From NCBI GenBank assembly GCA_040954595.2, contig CM082597.2, forward strand, positions 1,748,422 through 1,812,421: 64,000 nucleotides of DNA. The letters are read 5' to 3'. How positions within the stretch are numbered: position 1 is the stretch's first letter; each line of letters begins with the position of its first letter. Positions 38,201 to 53,200 of the stretch are shown piece by piece. Source of the DNA: Balanoglossus misakiensis. Lineage: Eukaryota; Animalia; Hemichordata. A model generated the notes under the pieces. It saw only the letters and a program-made list of their open reading frames with translations, was not told the DNA's origin and searched no databases. The position numbers and the translations under genes were made by a program.

Positions 38201-41200
38201 TAGTATTAAACATACTTAATCCATGATTCATATTGGACTCTACAATGTTAACTTTTAAGTTTCATAATGTCTATTGAAAGAACCTCAATCCATGAACCAG
38301 GCAACTCTACAAACGACAGTATACATTCATCAATGAAAGCCTGCTTACCCTGGGTGAGTATAGCCACCACATCAGGGGGTAGAATCGACGCTAGTTCCTC
38401 CTCAGAATCTGACCTTCTCTTGACCTCCCTCTTGGCCGATTGGGAGATTCCTGTAGCTTCTTCTGAGATGGAATCAAGTGCTTCTTCAACCTGTGAATCA
38501 AAGTTCAGAAAGTCACTCACGGTTTTGGAACCTTCATGCAACAACCATCTACACTTTTCTAAAGATTATTTCATTGACAGTTTTGTCTTGATTCTGCAGG
38601 TTCAATTGCAAAACAACCCATTCTCACCAAGCCTCACAACATTTACCTTTTCAGATGTCACATCTTGTATCTCATGCATGAGTTGATAGACAAGCAGTGA
38701 CTCTCTGACTGTCAGCTCGTGTTCACGTTGGCGCTGACGTCTCCAGAAACTGCGACGGGCCACCAGTTCATCTTCAAGGAGTGCAACCTACAAATTCATC
38801 ACAAAAAAAATTATTAAATATTTGAAAATGTCAAGGTATACTCAACACCAACAGTTTTTTTTAAATCGTACATATACAACAGAAACTTGTGCATCCATAT
38901 TAAAATTCACTCTTCAATTCCTGAGCAGTTTTTCCTCTTATACATGTATGAATTTATGATTTCTTGCTATCATAAGAAACATGAATATTTTGGACAGTTT
39001 CATTCAAAGGCAGGGGTGGGTTAACTTACAGCCCCGAGGGGTGGTTTCCTCTTCTTGTGGCCACCAGATGCGAGTGTTACCGGGACAACAGTGTTGGTAT
39101 CTGGGTTGGTTCTGACTCCACTGATGGGACTCAGATCTCCAGTGACAGGATCCACGGCTTGCTTGCCGATCATGATGGGGATCAGACCTGGGGAGGGAAG
39201 GAAGGGAGAGAGGGGAAGGGGAGGGTTACCTCATAATCATACAACATATCTGGTTATATACTGTAAGCAGAAAAGTACAATTTTCTTTTGAAGTTTTTCT
39301 GCAAAATTCTGAAGTTTTATCTAAATACTAATATGCCTGTGTTAGTGTTGTTGGATTGGAAACACTCACCATCTCCATCCGGATCCTCCATTGTTCCACC
39401 AAGCGGTTTGATCTCTCCGGTATCTGTATCCCGTTCTGCTCCAAGGATTGGCACTTGCTGTCCGGAGCCACCAGGATCGGCCATAGTGGTGCCAACCAGG
39501 ATTGGCAGAAGTTGACCAGTGGCTGAGAACTCATACATACCTGGAAGAAAAATTGCACCATATTTACGCAAAAGTCTGGAACCTTTCATGAACTTATCAG
39601 ATCAAGAAGTATCTGTACAGAGATTTCTTCTCTTCTTCAAGACTACAGACTTACCAGCACATCCACCCGTCGCAGCCAAGATGGCCGATCTGTCTTCGCG
39701 TCTGTTCAGATCGTGACTGGCTCTTAGCAATGACGACTTGCACTTGTTTCTTGCCTTGTTCAATTCCTTCAACGCCGTCTCTAACTGACTCTGTTCATGT
39801 CTAGTGTTGCCACCTTCAGGACCTAAAAGCACAACATAAAACAAGATATTAAAATATTGGACCACAACATTCAAGATGAAGTCTTTAAAGGCAAATTTCA
39901 ACCTTTTGTATGGAGAATGAACTAAAACATTTGAGAACTATAAAATTTAACTTTCCCCACAACTCAACAGGTAAACACAAAAGGTCTATAACAGCACATA
40001 CCCATGGCCGCTTCCAGGTAGTCGCGGACTGAATCTTCTACTCGGACTTCACAGGCCAGAACACTGGCGTCCAGCAAGGCTTGGAATCCTCCATGTGCTG
40101 GCACGGCCTCATCATCTTCAATGCGACCGCAATGCACACGCACTTGTTTGCCACTGAGCGGTTCGATAAATGTGTCGCACGGAATGATGGGAATGGGTGG
40201 TCCGTGACCATGGTTACTCTCCATCATACCACCAACTGGTACAACATCACCTGTAGGCAATGAAACGATTGATGCTTAACCGCACAAATATTCAGAAGCG
40301 TGATTACAATCAAGTTGGAAAACATCAAGACTATGTTACCTGTTTCCGGGTCGAACGCGACGGCCAGTATTGGAACCGGTTGCTCTGTGTTGGGGTCTAT
40401 CATGATGGAGCCGATCTCGATCGGTAGGGGCAGGCCCGTCACAGGGTCTGTGTGGGTGCCTGCGACAGGGTATGTCATCCCTGTCTGTGGGTGGATGGTG
40501 ACAGCCGTGATGGGGACATGGAGGCCGCTGTGCGGATCCGGGATCGGGCTGCCAAGTTTAAGGTCGCCCCTGCGTTCCACGGGAGTGAGAGCGATGTCCA
40601 TGGGCTGTTCCGTTTCCGGATCCACTGGATAAGGAATGTACGGAATCATTGGCTCATCGGACTTGATTGCTTCTCCTGTTGGATGGAGTAAGTTAGGAGT
40701 CAATATTTAGTTAACAAAACTGAAGAAAACTGTGCCCACTGGACGTAGCCTGGTATGATTCAGTTTGTAGCATGACAGTTTTACAGTATGTAAATACCAG
40801 CTTACTAACCTGTAGCAGAGTCTGCTGTGAAGACCAACCTGGAAGTCATGGGGTCATACGACACATTGCCTTCAACAGGCAGGACATGGCCAGTCTGTGG
40901 GTGTACAAAACAGTTGGGTGGTACTGGTTTCGCGCTGCCATCGGGGAGCAGCATGCGAGCAGCTTCAGTTGGTTCTATAAGACCGGTGACTGTGTTCTGT
41001 TTGATCAGGTCTGAGTTTAGTATAGTACCGTCGGGCCCTGTGGTGTTGAAATAAAAGACATACTACATAGCAGACAAGAAAATGTGCTTGATACACGAAA
41101 CAAAAATACTGGAAAATAGCCTGAAGTTACAGATAGTTTCCTTCTCATTCTGACATTGGCTAAAAGTGCAGTAAAAATCTCACTTACCAAAGAGTTTATC

Positions 41201-44200
41201 CACAGTTACTGGCTCAGCATGGGTGCCAGGTTTCAACAAGAGTCCACCTGTAGCTTTCCCCAGCACACCCCAAGCACCAAGTCTCTGTGCTTCTGCTGTC
41301 ACCTCCGCTGACATCCTGTGGATGTGCGCGCCGACGCGTCTGACAACGTGTCGTGGCACACTGTCGTCGAACTCGTCCTCCCGTTTGATTTCTCCTTTCA
41401 TCAGTTTCTGGGTGTACTCGTCCAGGAGTCGCCTGGCTTCTCGCAGTGATGACATGTATGCAACCTGTGCAGAACGAAATGAGAGGGGGGGTTTCTCAGA
41501 CATTTGTGGAGATTATGAAGTTAGTGGATGTCTTATAACGTCTGTATAATGAGTGAAGATACAGGTAAAAGGAATGCTTGCATCAGAAAAAAATCAGTTG
41601 TACGTTAAATGTGCCAATAGGGTGTCTGTCTGGCACAATGTATAGTTCTAGTTGTTTTGTTTTGTAACAAGGCAAAGATAACCATCTAACCTGGTGCTCC
41701 TCCCTGTTCTTCTCATCATCCTCCATCAATTGTCTTTGCCTTCTCAGCACAGCCTCAAACCTTGTGCCAAGCTCCTTCCGTCTTTCCAGCTCAATGTCCA
41801 GGGCTTCCCGCTTCCTCTCGTAAGCGGCCAGGTCCTCGGCTGTGGCCAGACTGGATCTTCCCTTCAGGTTCATCTTGGCTATCCATAGTCCCTTCAGTGA
41901 CTCTGTCTGGTTGTTTATCTTCTGGTACAATGCTTTGGCCTGCGTCAGTACAAAAGGTTCATAGAAGATCAGATGGTGTAACATAACAGTCACATCTATG
42001 AATATTTATGAGACATTGTTAATATTCATCAGCCACTGTATATATCAAAAGTTGAAAGTAATGCCCCTTTAATGTTGCCAATTAAATATTTACCTCTTCC
42101 TTCTGCCTGCCTAGTTCACCTGTCACTTGTCTGGCTTGTCTTGCTAGATGGTCGTACACTTCATTAGACGTGAAGCCCTCCAAGTCAACTTGGCGGTCGT
42201 AATCCCAGAATTCGTCATTCTTCACTTCATCAGCTGGTTCTGAAAAACAAACATATTGGACATTAACACCCTATCTATCCAGTCAATTTGGTTTATTATT
42301 ATTGCTCAAAACACTTAGGCAGACGGAGGAAACCAGTAGGTGTGTGAAGTGTGGCCACGTGCAGTGTTCCTCGTACTTACCTATACCTGCGGTTGGCACG
42401 GCAGCAGCGCCTACACCACCACTCTCAATAGCAGCCATGTGTTCTGTGTTTCTGTGATACTTCTTGTTGTGGTGGACTGTGGAACCCTTGGAAGAGTAGT
42501 CATCCAAGTTCTGTTTCTTGGAGACCACGCGATACTTGGGTCGGATGTACATGGCCTTGTCCCAGCCGTATTTACGGAACAGTAACTGTTGAAAGAAAAA
42601 AAATAATGTCAAATTCTCTGCCACTCATGATGAGAGTATTAAAAGAAATCTCAGATCCTCTACCTAATCAGCAAGCGATGTGTAAAATTGTAACACACAA
42701 CCAAGTAACTCCCTCAGTTAAAGACAAAAATTTGCTCGTTGCTTACCAGGGCAATGATCAATAGTATCATGATGAGTAGAGCCCCAGCCAGCATGCTGGC
42801 AATCAGAAGCCAATCTGGAGTCAGGAGGATGTCTTGCTCTATCGAGATGCCGTTCTGTATAATGTAGCGTGGCGTGGTCGGGAAGAAAGGTCCATTCTCT
42901 GAACACTGGGCACTCTCGGCCATCACTCGCACAAACTGTAAGCAAAGCACAAGTTGATCAGTTAAACATTATAGCTGATAGAAAGCAGTCAGAGAAATTC
43001 AAACAGGCATGGAGATCAGAAATGTTTACAGGTTAAAACAAATGTGATATCTGACTTACCATTTTCCTGTCTTTGTTCGTACTCATGTAGAAGACGTACA
43101 CACCAGGGTCTTGGAATTTGTATGAGAACATAGTGGTCTCCGTGCCGATCAAAGACTGTGCTTCCTGCAATTCTCGGAAACCTCCATAGTCAAACTGATC
43201 ATTGGTGTTGTACAGATTATCTCTGCAAAGAACAGAACGAATTGTTAAGTCAAAAGTTAACCCTTTCACCCCCAGTTCCCAATTGAGAGGTCTAACTTTA
43301 CTATAGAAAACAATGGGTTTGGACTGAACCATGGTGGTGAAAGAGGTACTCACCTGTCATACACTGGATAGTAGTCATTACTGACACTGAAGAACATCAA
43401 TTCACCAAATTTGAGACAAACTGTCGGGTTGTCAATTCCAAGGTAGTTAGACCCAGGGAGTACTGAGCTGCCCATGAGACGACGCCCTTTGCGTGTGGTG
43501 TTGCCGTAGTTACCCATACTGACTGACAGAAGTCTCCTCCTCGAAGAGGAAGAGCTTGTTGACAGCTTTGTGATGTTGATTGTTCCTTTCACGTTGTCGG
43601 CCAGAAGGTCAAGTGTCTGGTCCATGTCTGGCTCATACACACCAAGGAATCCCCGAGCTGTTAACAAGAAACAATGGTAAATTTCAGCGAAGGAAGTATA
43701 AGGATGTTCTGTATAAAACCATTAAAAGTAGGCCAAGGAACCTGTCAGACCACTGACAAGTACTGTAGACACTCTGTGTAATGTGGCTGGCAACACTGAA
43801 ACTGAAAATGGGGAAATCTCCGACTTACAGCTCATTTCAACCATGTGTATAGGTGAACTACTTCCATCCAAAGCCGTGCACTGGTCCTCCATGATGGAGT
43901 TCCTTGCGTTAATGACTCTCGTTAACGAGGTGACCGGAATGTCCACCTGGTAATTGTCGGCGTACCAGTTGAGGCGCACAACAGGTGGATCAGAACAGAT
44001 GAACTCTATGCTGTATCTCTGTGCAAGTCGGCATTCCAAGTCGCAGATCTCTTCCAGATCATCTACTTGGCATTTGCAAAGACCTAACAGCATGTCATAG
44101 CCGAGGTACTCCGATGGAGATAAACATCCCTAATAATAAAAAAATATGGCAGAGTTACTCCATGTTAATCAATGTTCTGTGTGTTAGCAAGCAAAGTACA

Positions 44201-47200
44201 TGTATATATAAACATACAGACATGATAATAACGTACACAAACTCGCAAGCACACAAACAAATGAATATAGTCTTGAAAAATTTGAAGAACTTTCCACACA
44301 AACTTTTACACTACAAACTACTATAAACTGCTATTTTTACTTACATAGTTAGTACAGAAATTTTCCCACTCTGTCTGACTGTAACACTGTCCATCTTGGG
44401 TACGTGTGGTGCCTTCAAAGCAGATGTCATACACTTGTTTGACACAGTCCTGCTCTCTACCCAACATGACTTCAAAACCATGTGCACAGGGACACTTTCG
44501 ATCGCTAGGCTGTAAGTGAACATTCATTAGAAAGTGAAAACGTTAGTTGTGAAAAATCTGACAAAATTCTGAAATATTTATGCATAATTTAAGTGCAATA
44601 CTCGCACCAGTTGGGTTAAAACTGGGTTACTACATCGACACCTCAGAACAACTATGTGTACCATGAATAAACAACAGCATGTAGATGTTGTCCAGGTATG
44701 TGTAATGCTGACAATACTAGCACCATTGCAACACTGGTGTTGACACTAAGTTAGCTCAGTGTTACCTAATTGGAAACAGACTTTCAAACTGTACTGTATC
44801 TCAATCAGAACATGCATGAATGGGAGATCCTCTAAAGTAATTCAAAAAGCAGAGAATAGAATCTTCATTTGTTAATGTGTTTAAAACTAGAATAGCCAGA
44901 GAGCTCTGATTTTCTGCTGTTAGAAAGTAATTTGTTACCTGGAAGTCTCGACCAGATCCAATGCAGGCACAAGTATCCATGCCGGTGAATGGCTGATGGG
45001 CTTCGGCTCCACAGTGGAAACATCCCGTCTGACCCGTGAGGTGATTAAAATGATCTATTGAGCACGGCAAACAGTCAGGTAGTGCCTCCATGCCTTCATC
45101 GCTGTTGTACGTTCCCCCGGGACAAGCTGTGGGCTCATAGCTGCCTGCTTCGCAGTAGTAACCTGGTTGGCAGAAAGTAGACATTGTTATTTAAACAAGA
45201 ATGGTCACATGTAGAAGGATAGACACTGAGAAACAGAGACACAAATGTGAAATGAAGCAATGTAGATGGACAGACATGAATACAGGCAGGATCATATAGA
45301 CAGGCAAAAAAGAGGTTAGCAACTCCTAAGCGGAAACAAAACAGTATTAAATCACAGGAAAATAACACAACCATGGTAAGTGCTGAACATACCTGCCGGG
45401 CACGGATACGAGTTGGTGAAATTGACACCCCAGATTGTGTCGTTGGTCATCGGTTCATCTGTCGTTGCTCCTTCCAGACACACCACTCCCGCCCGACAGA
45501 TGGTACAGTTTTCTCTCTCTGGATGATTGCCATAGTAACCAGGTTGGCAGATTTCGCAAGTGTCTTCAAACGTGTTCCTGAGAGCACCATCTCTTTCTCT
45601 GTACCCCAAGGGGCATTTGATGGGCCTCATAGCGCCTGCAATAAAGTAACATGTCTTGCTCAGTTCAAACACGATATGTATTTTAGAAGATCCACTGGTA
45701 CACTGTTCTAGAGTTTTGTACATGGCGACTATTTTCAAGTCTGTCTCCATCCAGGCAGATGCAAATACTCACCAACATTAGTACCATTGCACCATTCACC
45801 CGTACAGTAGTGGCCAGCAGGGCATGGCTGTGGATAACTAGAATTCACTGGGCAGTAAAAACCACCTGGACAGGATTCCTGGGTCATTGATCTGTTACAG
45901 AAGTAACCTTAAAGCGAAAGAAAATTCACTTGGTCAGAATGGAAACTTGATCAAGTTCACCCTTTTTGTACCACTGACACTAGTGACAGCCAAGAAATCT
46001 ACCTTGATGTATAAAACTATGCATCAATTTGTTACATGGTATAATACATGATGCGACAATACAAACATCAGAATTTTACGCCACTATTGATCTGGTCAAT
46101 TACCCCTTACCTGGTTGACAGTCTCTCTGCTCCCATGAACCTTCTGGACAGTATTGTCCTTCCAGACATTCAGATCCCACAACATTAGATGTATCATTCG
46201 GGCAGAAGTAACCAGCTGGGCAAGGCCAACACTCAGCAACATCTGTAGAATTCACAACATTCATGTGTTTTTGTTTGATTCTAACCCAAAAGAACTATAT
46301 CTTCATATTTCAGTTTTCACTTCTGCAGTTGGGAACCATCTGATATAAAATTAATAGTTTTCAGAGCGCAAGTAACATTTCAGATCTGTTTATATAAATT
46401 GCTGATAGTTCGTTTCACTAGTTCTATCTAGTATCTCACCTCCAGCTTCCTGTGTATCCCTGTAAGTACCAGCTGGACAAGGCAATGGTCCTGTAGTGGC
46501 CTCTGGGCAGTAATGTGCAACAGGACAGGGTCCTATCGTGTAGTCAGCCATACCTGGTGTACAAGTTATACACAGTATATGTCAGCCTCGTTGTTGCAGT
46601 TGTGTTGTGGACATAAAGCTATGCTAAATCACATGAAATTGAAATGCAACCAAGTGTAAATTCTAATCTTACCTGTCATGTTGCACACAAAGCCTGGTGG
46701 ACACGGCTCACAGGTTGACAGATTTGTGGCACCCACAGTGTCAGACCAAGTCTGAAGGGGGCATGGTTCCATGTCAATACCAATCTGGCAGTAGTGACCT
46801 ACAATGATACCATACAGCACAAAAAATCATGGATACTGAATACCATAGAATGATTATGCTAATTAGTCATATATTGGGATGGCAGGGAGGGACTGCTATA
46901 CCATACTTCACCTTAAAACATAACACAATCACCTGATACAAGTCCCTTACAACCCAATACACACACCCCCATACAACCAGATAAATACCTGGAACACACA
47001 GCTGAGGTACAATGACACCGTCCGGACAGGTATAACCTGCAGGACAACCACCACAATCATTTACACTGCTGGCACCTCTCTTGTCGATCACTTGGTTGTC
47101 TGGACACACTGACACATTGGTGGCACCTGTGAGATGGAAAAATAACCGAAAGTATAAACAATAAACATGTTCTCTACTGTTCTCCTTAAATTATCCAGAT

Positions 47201-50200
47201 ATAATTCGGACAGGAGATTTCAATAAATACTCTCACACATTAAACAAGCAGGTTCACAAGAAACAAGATTCACGCCACTGCTTTTCTCCATACCTTCAAG
47301 ACAGTAATATCCAAATGGACAAAGATCTCCTTTAAGGGGTTCTGAGCCATCAGGAGTTGGTGTGTCACTTCCACTGATGCACAGGTAGCCTGCATTGCAA
47401 GGCCCATCAACGCGACCACTCACACAGTATTTACCTGTTGAGAAAAAATGCAATGTATTTTAGTTAACACATTTCATAATCAAAATGTGAAATATCATAG
47501 CATTTCATGTTAATTTCTTAATATCTAGTAGATTTTCTTGCAATTAAAGTTATAGGGTTAAGTCGTACCAGCAGGACATGGACTGCACTGTGAAGGTTGC
47601 TGTAATTCTGTGACAGAGTCCTCTGTATATGTGCCATTCGGACATGGTGTTGGTTCGATGGATCCCGGTGGACAGTAGGAATACGGCGGGCATGGGAATG
47701 GTACACTGGTGTTATACATGCAGTACCGGCCAGCCGGGCAGTCCACACAGTCTATCTCACCTTCAACGTCTTGGTATGTACCTGTATAAAAAGAAATTTA
47801 TGAAATTAGAATTTTCATCTTGTGGTCAAAGTGGACAATTATTTCCCAGAAATTAGTATTCTAGTGATAATAACTGTTTAAATGGGGATACAGTACCAAT
47901 TATGAGCTGTGCTTGCGAGGTTTAATTTGTTTTATATATGTCACTTTTAACTTAAAAAGTGCTTTCAAATAACCCCACCTGGATCACATCCATAGGGCAA
48001 GCCAGTGTTAGCTGGACAGAAGAAGCCAACAGGACATGGGTAGTCTGTCGGATTGGGTACATCGATGGCAGCATGATCTGGACAGTAAAATCTCTCATCA
48101 CACGGTCCAGTTGGTGCATCCAAACCTGTACTGCCACAGTAGTAACCAGGTTCACATGGTCTGCAGTCATTGACAGCGGCGCCATGAGTGTTGCGATTCA
48201 ATGTGCCAATTGGACACGCTGTAGCGTTTGAGGTACCTATCATAAATTGAAATCAATCATTTTGTAAGAAACAGTCCAAACAAATAGTTGCTAACTCACT
48301 CTTACAGAAAGATTGGTGTTTCGGTCAGTAATGGATTGACAAACTTCAAACAGTCAATCATGTCTTTTTTACAAATACATAAAACATACCCTGTAAACAG
48401 TAGTGTCCGGTGGGACATGGTCCATTCAGACCATCACTGCCTGGCTCATCAACAGCTGCACCACCACCACAGACGTAACCAGCTTTGCACAGACCAGTTG
48501 GCCAGGTCAAACCTGGCATTTCACAGTACATGCCGGGCAAGCATAACTGGCAGGCTTCAGCTGTGTCCAATCCAGTCAGGTTATTGAAGGTACCTGAAAA
48601 ACACCAGGAAAAAGGTGTCAGGACAATTACAAATATACAAAAGAGACTAAGCCATACATCCATGAACAAAGCACAATTATATAGATACTAATAATATCTG
48701 ATTCTCACCTGGAAGACATGGTTCACCATTATCTGTGGTGTTAACTGGACAGTAGTATCCAGATGGACATGGAACGGTCACATTCATTCCTTTATTCGGG
48801 CATGTGGTCCCGGCTGGACATTGGTTACACTCGCCCATCCCAATCCTGGGTGCGTAGCTTCCTTTGTCACACGCAATCTCAATGGAGGAACCGTTGGGGC
48901 AGAAATGTCCTTCTGGACAGACGTAACCCATGATGTCGTCGGTTGGGTTTGCTACACTTGAGCCACCCGTGCAGACGTAGCCAGCATAACATGGCAGTGT
49001 GTCACCTGTAAAAAATGAATGCTTCGTGAATCAAATCTAAATCACAAAATGTCATATCATGCTACCATTCGCCATTATGATTGGATGTATACACTGATGC
49101 TTATAGCAATAATCCCCATCACAGTTCGGTATACACTCGCAAATCTCCATCTGCAACTGGCTTATTGCTTAACTATATACAAGTCAATATTTTGTTCTTT
49201 CTCAATGCCACGGTAACTCAGTAACTTCTTCAGTCCTGCTTTTCCTACCTGTCTGAGAGCTGTCTGGAGTGCAATATCTTCCAGGTGGGCAAGGCTTACA
49301 GTCTGTCATGTTCTTATTGCCCTCACCACTTGATATGGTACCTTCTGGGCAGGGTATAGGTATGTAGCTACCTTCCGGGCAGTAGTTACCCACTGGGCAG
49401 ATGGTGTCTCCTGGTGTTGGTGTGTCATCACCTCCTGCACAGTAATAACTGAGGAGAGAAAATAATTATTTTAAACTAGCTTCTACATATATTTGCTGTT
49501 GTGTGGTTTCTTTGCATTCTGATATATTAGTGTACTCATTCTACGTGTAAAAAGAGTTAATATTTCAACACATGTGCACAAACTTTTTCAGTGAAGACTT
49601 TCCTATGAAAACCAATTCAAACATACACTGTAAATAACAGTCACATACCCTGCATAACATTCTCCTTCAGGCTCAGCCAAACCTGGTGTCATACAGTAGT
49701 ACTTTGGTGGACATGGTAAACACTCGCCTTCCACTTCAGCATTGGTTGTATTCAAGAATGTACCACTTGGGCAGGGGTATTCGTTAGCCCTGGTTGTACC
49801 AGCTGGGCAGTAGTAACCTTCTGGGCAGGATGCATTGAATAATCCAGTGACAGGTGCCAGTGTGTTGTCGCAGAAGTAACCTACCATGGGAGATGTTGGA
49901 AAGAGCGTGGTCAATATACTTTGGTGGTTGTATGTTGATTGAAGGTGAATGAATTAATCGTTGTTGTACATACACCATCAGAAAATTCACCATAATGATA
50001 TGCATGAGATCCTCAGAACATTTTTTAATTATCAAACATACCTGCGAGACACTCGTCGCAAGAAGATTGTCCCATTTCATCTTGATACTTCCCGCTATCA
50101 CAGCGCGTTGGGGTCACTGACCCTGCCAAACATTTGTGGCCCTTTGGACAGAGGTAATCACCTGGTGTCGGAGTTACTTGGCCAGGTGGGCAGTAGTAAC

Positions 50201-53200
50201 CTAGTAGTGACAACGAGGAGTAAATCAGTATTTATTGTGAGGTACATACACGACAATAGTGCTTACAACTTCCCCAACTGTACTTTGGTTAAACCCAATG
50301 TGTTTTCACTTCAGTGGGTAGCTGGACTACTTACCTGCATCACACTCATCAGTGATAGCATCAGCACCCACTTCATTGCAGTAGAAACCTCCATCACAGG
50401 GAAGGCAGTCAGCAAACTCATCCTTGTTGATGGTTGGATTGTAAGTGCCATTGCTGCATGGGACAGGCAAGTCACTACCCTGAGGGCAGTAGTGACCAAC
50501 TGGGCAGTCCACTTCATCTGCATTATCAGACCCTAATCAGTTGGAAAAAAAACATCATTTAGTAGATGAGGCAATAGGCAATGATTTCTTCACAAATTTC
50601 AGCCTTTAAAACAGTGGTTAAGTGTGCAAACTGAATTGAGAGTTAAGTCACACATATTGTCCTGTCAAGTCGCCAACACAAACAGTATAATATGACTCAT
50701 CAGATTCATGTCATTTCCTACTGTGTACAAGGCTCTACATGACTTGAGAAACATGCTATAATTTCTGCAATCTAACACATGGTTATAACTGATGATCTCA
50801 AACTACCACATTCTCTTGGAAATACGACAGCGACACCTACCTTCTGGGCAATAGTAGCCGGGATCACAAGGTCCAGTGACATTACCCAAGCCATTGGAAC
50901 CACAGTAATATCCAGCTGTGCATGGTACCTCAGCAGGTGAGGCTTCCGGACAGAAGTAACTGGACTGACACTCTCCACCATTTGATGAAGGCTTAGAAAA
51001 AATAAACAGACCATCATTTGAATAACTTCGTTACATTGCACATAAGCTATTATACATATTCAGCACCAGTGACTTGGCAAGTAGTGTTTTGCCCTGACAA
51101 GCCTGATAAACTTACCGGGTTATCATAGGCTCCACCTGAACAGTAATAGCCAGCATCACAGGGTCCAGTTGGTGCAGAGTTGTTGTACCCTTCACAGTAA
51201 TACCCAGGTGTACATGGCACACAGGAAGAGTCATTCTTCTGGGTTGAGTAACTGTTGTAGGTTCCTGGTGGGCATGCATAGGCAAATGGATCGGGTGTGT
51301 TCAGGGGGCAGTAGAAACCTGGTGGGCACTCGTTGGGTGAGTAATCAGTTGTGTTGGAGTAGCAATAGTAGCCTTCTGGACAGTCCATGCAGTCGGGTTT
51401 ATTCGGAAGGTCATTATAGTAGCCTGGGTTGCAGCCCAGTGGATAGGCAGTGTCGCCCGGACAGTAGTGACCGACTGGACAGATGTGTCCGATAATGGGA
51501 TGCACTGTGTCGACTGGACACTGGTCTTCATTGATCATGGTCGGGTTGGGTTTGTCGGCTCCGGACACGCAGTACCATCCTGCCGAGCAGCTTCCGGACG
51601 GCTCTGTCAGATTCACCCCCTGGCAGTATTTGCCACCGTCGCATGGAGTACACTCTTCAGCTCTGGAGAGTTTGGTAGCAGCACCGTAGGTACCAGCCGG
51701 GCACGACTGCCAGTCCAGACCAGTGCCATTAGGGCAGAAGAAACCCTGTGGACACGGAGTGTAACTGGTCGATGCATCACCTTCCACTACAAGCTCTGGG
51801 ATACAGTAGTAACCTGACAAATAAATAATATAAACGTCATTTCAAATGCATAGAGATTGGACTGTTGGACAAAAACATTTAGAGTCACTTCTTCCGATTT
51901 TTTTCACTGATGTAATAAATGGTTTATAAAATCTAGAATGGCAAAAAGAAAAAAATGCTTGCTAAACATCACCTTATATGACACTGTTGTAAAGTTAACA
52001 GTATTCAGTATTTTTCCAAGAGGAAATTCTCACCTTCAGGGCAGGGTGTACACTCAGAAGCACCCTCATAGTTTGAGAAGGTACCAGGCAGACAGTCCAA
52101 TGGGGCAGCGCTACCTTGAGGACAGTGTTTACCAGCTGGACAGATGATGAACTTGGCAACATCAGCACTCTTTGGGCAATAGTAACCTAGCAATGGTAGA
52201 GAAAAACATTATTGTACAAAAAAAACATTATTGTACAAACAATAGACAATAGTTCAATCTGCATCCAAACACTTTTACTGATGTTCCACCCATCTTACCT
52301 GGGTCACATTCAGCCGTTGGTTCAACATTGCCCAGTCCCTCGCAGTAGTAGCCGGGGTTGCAATCCAAGCACTGGCTGACTGTCTGTAATCCAGTGTCGT
52401 TGGAGAATGTCCCGTTCGGACATGGAGCTGGATCAAAGGTCGCCAAGCCACAGTAGTAGCCCTCTGGACAGATGGCATTGTCTGGTCTGGTAGAGCCTTC
52501 AACACAGTAGTAGCCGGGGATGCAAGGACCACTCACATCAGTTAAAGCTGTATTAAAAAAAGTAGCATAGTGCAATAAGCTGAACAATATTATCATCTTC
52601 TACTAAATGTCAGTTAGTGTTAAAGGTATACAGTCACCGCTGATATAAACCACAATTACTGACCTGTCTGGTTGCAGAAGTAGCCAGCTGTACAGTTGAG
52701 ACATTCCTCCAGCATCATAAGACCGTCACTCGGACTGAATGTTCCTTCAGGACATGCTATGGGGGCATCTGTGCCTTCTGGACAGTAGTAACCGACTGGG
52801 CATATGTCAGCGTCAACACCTGCCATGAAAGAAAGGAGGCATGTTAACATTTAAAGTTATGAGCAATATGAATATGTACAGCGTTCATCCCCTCAAGCAA
52901 CAAATACACATATTGTTGATTTGATATTGGGCAGGGTATTGCCTCTTTAATAGGTGGTGTTCGTACCTTGGCTGGGTGTTGTAGTTGTGGCACCAACCCT
53001 GCAGAAGTAGCCAGCAGCACATGGGCCTGGTGGGCTGACAAGTCCTTGGGCGTCACACGCCATACCGCCTACACACAGTGTGCAGTCTGCCTCCTTGGCG
53101 ATACCAGTCAGATTGTTGAATGTTCCCACTGGGCACGGGTACTGCTCGGCGTATTCTGTTCCATTTGGGCAGTAGTATCCCATCGGGCAGATGTAGGTCC

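Larger units (their letters stand above)
28054..38790 (-). other. Cytoplasmic E/K/R/Q-rich coiled-coil rod exons of the giant gene
   Basis: Exon translations such as MARLGKNMDKEKSRQKAALADRLEERRKRKMESLK, RALEAEIERQRLKDEERLKERETEREKLAEHQR, IMAEYEANKGRLQGKLDAQRDQQRNALMAKLAARKR. Confidence 0.85.
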
